A stretch of 64,000 bases of DNA from Candidatus Poribacteria bacterium (GTDB lineage Bacteria; Poribacteria; WGA-4E; WGA-3G), in assembly GCA_964291315.2 (NCBI GenBank), contig OZ219750.1:586351-650350 (forward strand), in the 5' to 3' direction. The notes below the pieces were generated by a model. It saw only the letters and a program-made list of their open reading frames with translations. It searched no databases and had not been told where the DNA came from. The position numbers were made by a program, and so were the translations under genes. Numbering within the stretch: position 1 is the stretch's first letter; each line of letters begins with the position of its first letter. Shown piece after piece: positions 58,656 through 64,000 of the stretch.

Positions 58656-59507
58656 CTATAGATATTGCGCTGCTTTCTGCTTAAGGAACGCGAGACCGTC
58701 TGTCGCCAAGCTTTCAGCGCTCGGTGCGATGTCCCGCCAGATGCACGTTGCAGCTGCAATCTCTTTAACCGCGGGTGTAAATGATTCAATCACCAGCCAT
58801 CTGTCATAGTTTACTTTGGCGAGTGCGCCGAACACACCGTCCCAATCTATGGGGCCTGTACCCGGAGTTCCCCGATCGTTCTCGCAGCAGTGAACATGAT
58901 GTAAGAATTCACCGGTCGTGATAATCGCGTCGGCTTGATTTTTTTCTTCTATGTTCATGTGGAACGTATCAAGGTGTACTTTAAAGTACGGGCTGTCTAC
59001 TGCTTTCGCGAGTTTAACAGCGTCTTCGGCGATGTTAATAAAATAGGTTTCAAATCGATTGAGGGGTTCACTAGCGAGCGTAATACCGTGTTGTCCTGCG
59101 AATTCAGCAACTTCTTGTAGCCCTTGAACGCACCAGTCCCATTCTTGTTGATTTCTGCCTCTACCAACCAGTTTACCGACTGCACTATACATGGGTCCGA
59201 CGAACGTATCTCCGCCTAGTTCGGCGATAATCTCGATTGCGCGCTTGAGGTAAGTTTTCCCGGCTTCTCGGACCGCAGAATCTGCATCAATCGGGTTCCT
59301 ATCGGGGCCCATAATGTTACACCCGATAGGCTCGAGCCCCGTGGCTTTCAGGGCGGCTTGTGTGTGTGGAATATCTACCGTGTCCGGATCAAAGATAGGA
59401 ATTTCGACACCTTCAAACCCCATCTCTGCCACTTTCGGAATTAAGTCTACGGTTTCTCTGTCAAATTTATCTGCCCAGAGTAATAAATTGACACCAAATT
59501 TCGGCAT
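58656..59507 (-). CDS. D-tagatose/D-psicose 3-epimerase family sugar epimerase
   Basis: EPLNRFET, LDTFHMNIEE, HCCENDRG.PG.G, IESF. Confidence 0.9.
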   Translation of the reverse strand: MPKFGVNLLLWADKFDRETVDLIPKVAEMGFEGVEIPIFDPDTVDIPHTQAALKATGLEPIGCNIMGPDRNPIDADSAVREAGKTYLKRAIEIIAELGGDTFVGPMYSAVGKLVGRGRNQQEWDWCVQGLQEVAEFAGQHGITLASEPLNRFETYFINIAEDAVKLAKAVDSPYFKVHLDTFHMNIEEKNQADAIITTGEFLHHVHCCENDRGTPGTGPIDWDGVFGALAKVNYDRWLVIESFTPAVKEIAAATCIWRDIAPSAESLATDGLAFLKQKAAQYL

Positions 59508-59728
59508 TTTATATTGTCCTCCTGATAGCATGTACTATTTCTGAAGTTTAGCATAAATCCAAAACCGTTTTCAACCTTTTTATTTTATCTATCAGCGGTA
59601 CCTGTTTTCTCGTCTGTAGTTTTTTCGAACCGATCTGGGTGTACCAAAGGTTTCTCTTTATTCAAAAACGAGCCAGATATTTATCAAACTCGCCTTAGAC
59701 TTTTGGTAGGTCTGTGAAGATATTCTGT

Positions 59729-61048
59729 CTATCCGAGCCCCTTTGGTTTGAAAAGGTATTTCGGTGTCAGTATTGTCAACGAAATGCCACGGGTAACGAG
59801 GAGGACTGTTAACGCTCCCCACAAACCGTGATTGTTATAAGGTGTGAGCAGGTAGACAGCAATTAAGTAGGCCAGGGTTGACACCATTACGGAATTCCGC
59901 AAAGCCTTAGAGGCAGTCACTCCTAGAAAGATGCCGTCCCAAATGTAAGCAGCAACGTTAACAATCGGGGCTGCGATTACCCAGATAAGGTAAGGCTTTG
60001 CTCCTTCAATAAGCGGCATCTGATTTGTAAAAAGGTGTAGCATTTGCTCTCCAAGAACCATGAAAGTTAGCATAATCGCGATGCCGAACAGAAATGCCCA
60101 AAAGAATATCTGGCGGATAGTCTCTTTGAGGTTTAGCGTATCTTCTGCTCCTTTGTACTTGCCGACTAAGCTCTCTGCTGCAAAAGCGAACCCATCGATT
60201 GCATGGGACATTAGATGAATATATTGTAGTAGAATAGTGTTAATCGCCAAAAAAGTATCGCTCAAAGCCGCGGATTTTGCTGTGAAATAGGCGTTGCTAA
60301 ACACCAGGCAGAGCGTACGAATAAAAATGTCGCCGCTAATACCTAGAAATCGCTTAAGTTTCGGAAGGTCCAAGACTTCTCGGATGTCCCATGCTGCTAG
60401 GAGACTTCGGTAGCGTCTGAAGAAGAGTAGAACTGCTAAAAGTGCTCCTATATATTGCGCAATAACGGTTGCTAATGCCACGCCTGCCACTTTCATACCG
60501 AGTACCTGTACAAACACCAAATTTAAGATGATATTGACAAAGTTCACCATAATCGTCAACAACATGGGATAGTGTGCATTCTGTAAACCTAGAAAAACCC
60601 CGTGAAATGCATGGAGGCACAGTGTCGCCGGAGCAGCATAGATACGGATGTGAAAATAAATACGGGCGAGTTGTTCCACTTTAGGACTTGCATCAATAAA
60701 TAAGAAACTGAGATCGATAAGGTTCCATTGGAAGATAAACAGTAATAGACTTGACGTGATACCGAGGCATGTAGCGCGTATGAGCAGGTGTCCGCATTCT
60801 AGTGTGTTATTGTCCCCGAAGGCTTGCGCGGTGAGTCCTGTGGTTGCCATTCTGATAAAACCGAACCCCCAATAGATAAAGCTGAAAATAATCCCGCTGA
60901 TACCGATTGCTCCAAGGTAGTATTCGGGCTCTAATCGTCCCATCAAAGCGGTATCTACTGCTCCTAAAAGAGGGACAGAGAAATTGCTGATGATATTTGG
61001 AAGCGCGAGATTAACAATCTGCTTATTGATGTTTTCAGTGGTGTACAT
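59729..61048 (-). CDS. MATE efflux transporter (DinF-like)
   Basis: LALPNIISNFSVPLLGAVDTA, FGFIRMATTG.TAQA.G, DIFIRT, DGFAFAAE..VG. Confidence 0.92.
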   Translation of the reverse strand: MYTTENINKQIVNLALPNIISNFSVPLLGAVDTALMGRLEPEYYLGAIGISGIIFSFIYWGFGFIRMATTGLTAQAFGDNNTLECGHLLIRATCLGITSSLLLFIFQWNLIDLSFLFIDASPKVEQLARIYFHIRIYAAPATLCLHAFHGVFLGLQNAHYPMLLTIMVNFVNIILNLVFVQVLGMKVAGVALATVIAQYIGALLAVLLFFRRYRSLLAAWDIREVLDLPKLKRFLGISGDIFIRTLCLVFSNAYFTAKSAALSDTFLAINTILLQYIHLMSHAIDGFAFAAESLVGKYKGAEDTLNLKETIRQIFFWAFLFGIAIMLTFMVLGEQMLHLFTNQMPLIEGAKPYLIWVIAAPIVNVAAYIWDGIFLGVTASKALRNSVMVSTLAYLIAVYLLTPYNNHGLWGALTVLLVTRGISLTILTPKYLFKPKGLG

Positions 61049-61305
61049 AGAGGTTTCCGTTCTGTATCTGTTTCAGATTTTACTTGCAATTGCGATGAGA
61101 TGCAAGTGCTATTTCGCCGGGCTTGTTTAGTTTTCAGCTTGGTGAGCTTTGACTATTTTTTGAAGAGAACCGAAGTTGTTCGTAACTAAAAACAGAGGAT
61201 GCTATGAAAGAGGCATGGCATTTTCGGACTGCAAGCGGAAGTAATTAAGAAATGGAAAAAATTGTCTAGATTTGATAGGCGTTACTTGCTACTCTGCAAA
61301 TTTCT

Positions 61306-61334
61306 TTGTAATTTTGGTAGAAATTTAGTATACT
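61306..61334 (+). promoter_or_regulatory. sigma70 promoter placed for a (near-)leaderless lpxL-lpt transcript
   Basis: TTGTAA-N17-TATACT ends 8 nt before ATG 61343; no Shine-Dalgarno present. Confidence 0.5.
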
Positions 61335-61342
61335 AATTAATA

Positions 61343-62215
61343 ATGAAAGACTGGTGTTACGAGTTTACCGCGAAATTAATTGGATTCTTTGTATCTCGAC
61401 TGCCTCGTTCTGTTATGTTGGCTATTGGCGGTCGGTTAGGAGCTCTCATATTCTGGATTGCACCGCAGCAAAGGAAGTTAACATGTGAACACTTACGTGC
61501 CAGCTTGGACTACGTGGATGAACACGAGATGAGGGCGATAGCGAAGCAGTGCTTTGAAAATTTAGGCAAGACTGTCTTAGAATTTATGCAATTGCCTCAC
61601 ATGAATTCAAAACAAATTCAGCAATATGTCCGTTTTCAAGGCATCCAGCATGTGGAGGAGGCGCTTGCACAAGGGAAAGGAGCTATCATTCTGACAGGGC
61701 ATTTCGGGAATTGGGAATTGCTTGCAGCAAGTATTTCTGCTACGATTGCTCCGTTGACACCTATTGCTCGCAAGCTGCGTTCTTCTCGCTTAAACGCCTT
61801 AGTTTCACGTTACCGGGCACAAGCCGGATATGCTGTGATTGATCGGGATACAGGAGTTCGGCACGCTCTTCGATGCCTTAAACGCAACGAGTTGCTTGGT
61901 ATTGTCGCTGATGTAGACACAAGTGTAAGCGGTGTTTTTGTCGATTTTTTTGGTAGACCCGCCTATACACCGTATAGTCCTGTCGCTATTGCGCTCAAGA
62001 CAAGGGCACCGGTACTACCGACGTTTATTGTTCGTCAGCCTGATGGTTCACACCGTGCGATTATTGAGCCGCCTTTGATGTTGCAGCGGACAAATGTAAA
62101 AGAGAAGGATCTTGTTGTCAATACACAGAAATTCACAAAGATTATTGAATTCTACGTTCGGCGGTACCCAGCACAGTGGATTTGGATGCATCGACGATGG
62201 AAAACACAACCTTAG
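61343..62215 (+). CDS. Lipid A lauroyl/myristoyl (LpxL/HtrB-family) acyltransferase
   Basis: GHFGNWE, DVD....VFVDFFG.PA, PAQWIWMHRRWK. Confidence 0.9.
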   Translation: MKDWCYEFTAKLIGFFVSRLPRSVMLAIGGRLGALIFWIAPQQRKLTCEHLRASLDYVDEHEMRAIAKQCFENLGKTVLEFMQLPHMNSKQIQQYVRFQGIQHVEEALAQGKGAIILTGHFGNWELLAASISATIAPLTPIARKLRSSRLNALVSRYRAQAGYAVIDRDTGVRHALRCLKRNELLGIVADVDTSVSGVFVDFFGRPAYTPYSPVAIALKTRAPVLPTFIVRQPDGSHRAIIEPPLMLQRTNVKEKDLVVNTQKFTKIIEFYVRRYPAQWIWMHRRWKTQP

Positions 62216-62225
62216 TTGCATCATC

Positions 62226-62786
62226 ATGTGTTTGTATCTTTGTTCGCTTTTCTGCCTAACGTGTTGCAAAAGTACGGAAACCCTCGTTGGTCCGTCTGAC
62301 GAACCCGTGGAAGCAATTCCGACACAGCAATTGGAGCAGTTTTCCACACAGCATACTGAAGCGGGGCTGGTCAAATGGACACTTGTTGGTGATACCTCAG
62401 CATTCCACGGAAATTATGTTGAAGTTGAAAGTCCAACTGTTGAGATTTTTGAAGACGGTGTCGTTTTTATGACTTTGAAAAGTCAAAAGGGCAAACAGAT
62501 TCTGACAGGTAGCAAGAAAAACGATCTCTATCTATCAGGACATGTCGTCGGTGTCAGCGAGAATGGTATTTTGTATACTGAACACCTCCATTGGCAGAGT
62601 CGGGCAGGTAGGTTGTATGCCCCGGAGGAAGTAACACTTATACGTGGAGATTCCACCTGGGTCGGAACCGAGATGTATGCGAATCCGACGCTTGAAACGG
62701 TAAAAATGAAAAATAATCGATTTAAACTTTACCCAAAAGATGAGAAAACAGATAAATATCACAGAACACCTGTTGTGCAGGAATAG
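62226..62786 (+). CDS. lptC: LPS export protein LptC (probable lipoprotein form)
   Basis: Hydrophobic N-terminus ending LTCC; KWTL, G.VV......LYTE.L.W, V...RG....G..M; position in the lpt operon. Confidence 0.75.
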   Translation: MCLYLCSLFCLTCCKSTETLVGPSDEPVEAIPTQQLEQFSTQHTEAGLVKWTLVGDTSAFHGNYVEVESPTVEIFEDGVVFMTLKSQKGKQILTGSKKNDLYLSGHVVGVSENGILYTEHLHWQSRAGRLYAPEEVTLIRGDSTWVGTEMYANPTLETVKMKNNRFKLYPKDEKTDKYHRTPVVQE

Positions 62787-63678
62787 ACCTGAGCAACGAT
62801 TTTACTTTCACAAATTGTGTAATTTTGTTTATACAGGTCTTTTTCTATTTTTTATATGTGTTGTTCCTTTAGTCCTCAATGCGGAGGAAACCGAAGCCCC
62901 CGCCGCTGTGGCATCACCTACAGAAAACAGTGTGCTGGAAGCGGAAAACTCTGAAAATGAAGAAGGCGCAAGTGCCAATAGGGGCAGCGCTGCTGGATCG
63001 ACTACAGAAACCATTACTGGCACTTCAAAGAGAATGGAAAGATTTGAGAAAGAGGGCATAACGGTTCTTATCGACGAAGCCAAAACTGTCCGATATAACG
63101 AACAAGGCGTTGAAATTGGATTCCTCAATGCTGATAAAATCACCCTCAAGAGTGATCCGGAAACGGGGGCAACAACGGAAGTTATTGCCGTGGGGAGTGT
63201 AGAAATCCGTGATCAAGATATATTTGCTACTTGTGATCAGGCGATCATGAACAACTTGACGAATACTGTTGTGCTGAAAGAGAATGTTGTGGTTTTACAG
63301 AACAGAGACCGGCTCGAAACCAAACTTTTCACTTTTAATAGGACAACCGGCAAGCAGACTGGCGAAGGCGGTGTTAAATTTAAGGTTACCGTTACACAGG
63401 CAGAACCAGTAAAGACAGAAACTGGCGCAGATGCCGAAGGTGGTGCAAGCACTACTGAAGATGAAACTTCTACAGCTACGCTTGATGGAACAGAAGGTGA
63501 AATTGAGAAGGACCCTAACGCTGATATGCCCAAGGCAAACGGGGACGCAAAAGAAAAACCTGACGCAGATATTGAGGGGTCTGAGGATACCGATTCGGAA
63601 GATGAAACTGATACAGATGCTGAAGATGTCAATAGCACAGATAAGACTGATGAAACCGAAGACTCCGAGAGCGATTGA
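62740..63678 (+). CDS. lptA: LptA/OstA-family periplasmic LPS transport protein with acidic disordered tails
   Basis: L.ADKI, A.G.V.I......A.CD.A......VVL..NVVV.Q; located between lptC and lptB. Confidence 0.7.
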   Translation: MRKQINITEHLLCRNRPEQRFYFHKLCNFVYTGLFLFFICVVPLVLNAEETEAPAAVASPTENSVLEAENSENEEGASANRGSAAGSTTETITGTSKRMERFEKEGITVLIDEAKTVRYNEQGVEIGFLNADKITLKSDPETGATTEVIAVGSVEIRDQDIFATCDQAIMNNLTNTVVLKENVVVLQNRDRLETKLFTFNRTTGKQTGEGGVKFKVTVTQAEPVKTETGADAEGGASTTEDETSTATLDGTEGEIEKDPNADMPKANGDAKEKPDADIEGSEDTDSEDETDTDAEDVNSTDKTDETEDSESD

Positions 63679-63829
63679 GCGAATTATGTCCGCTAAGACT
63701 GCTTACCTATCAAAACCTTTTTGTCAACACTCGGTATGATGGGGCCGTTAGGTCTGTCTTAAAGCGTTATGAATTTCATTACAATGACCCTATGGGTCAA
63801 TCAAGGTAAGGTGTCGTAATTTAGAAATC

Positions 63830-64000
63830 GTGGCAATAGAACTCCAAGCACACAGACTCGTAAAACGTTATACACGCCGGGGCCCCATTGTCGTCAATGA
63901 AGTGAGCTTGTCGGTACAGCAAGGTGAAATAGTCGGGCTCTTGGGGCCAAACGGTGCTGGAAAATCGACGACGTTCTACATGGTAGTCGGTTTGATTCGT
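63830..64000 (+). CDS. lptB: LPS export ABC ATPase LptB (5' part; runs off the window)
   Basis: [35 protein letters not shown]. Confidence 0.9.
   Translation, partial: MAIELQAHRLVKRYTRRGPIVVNEVSLSVQQGEIVGLLGPNGAGKSTTFYMVVGLIR

Noticed and set aside
58580-58789. 70-aa N-terminal extension of the M28 peptidase ORF
   Set aside because: It overlaps the epimerase gene and a REP palindrome; the signal peptide and RBS (GGAGGG) point to ATG 58579.
1-64000. tRNA/rRNA genes and the many antisense or overlapping ORFs in the track
   Set aside because: No cloverleaf/T-loop or rRNA signatures were recognised by eye, and the shadow ORFs lie over well-supported genes and lack motifs.

Overview
Gene-dense bacterial chromosomal window, most likely from Candidatus Poribacteria or a relative. 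This is an inference from a LamG protein with a C-terminal VEPxxKxxTTWGxLK tail, sulfatases, a PhyH dioxygenase, TPR proteins and LPS/Lpt genes. Housekeeping loci include nadD-yacG-yqeK-rsfS, thiI, rnhC, nagB, pyrR-pyrC-carA-carB (with a PyrR attenuator but no pyrB) and lpxL-lptC-lptA-lptB. The window also carries many catabolic and secreted proteins, a type II R-M pair whose nuclease has one in-frame stop, ISAs1 and IS982 transposase remnants, and several families of short degenerate repeats, some in frame inside genes. The best novel candidate is a 54-aa ORF absent from the supplied ORF track (17308-17472). It has a lasso/RRE-type RiPP leader (YxxPxFxxxGxxxxx(A)xG) and a Cys-containing core, lies behind a duplicated sigma70 promoter, and directly precedes an ABC exporter and a MacB-type permease; no maturases are present in the window. 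Other notable items are a degenerate AccA-like protein, a PorV plus CTD-cargo (T9SS-like) locus, a stand-alone SAM-hydrolase C-domain lipoprotein and an NtrC-type regulator without its phospho-acceptor Asp. No tRNA, rRNA or CRISPR array was recognised. All family assignments come from reading motifs by eye; no database search was run.
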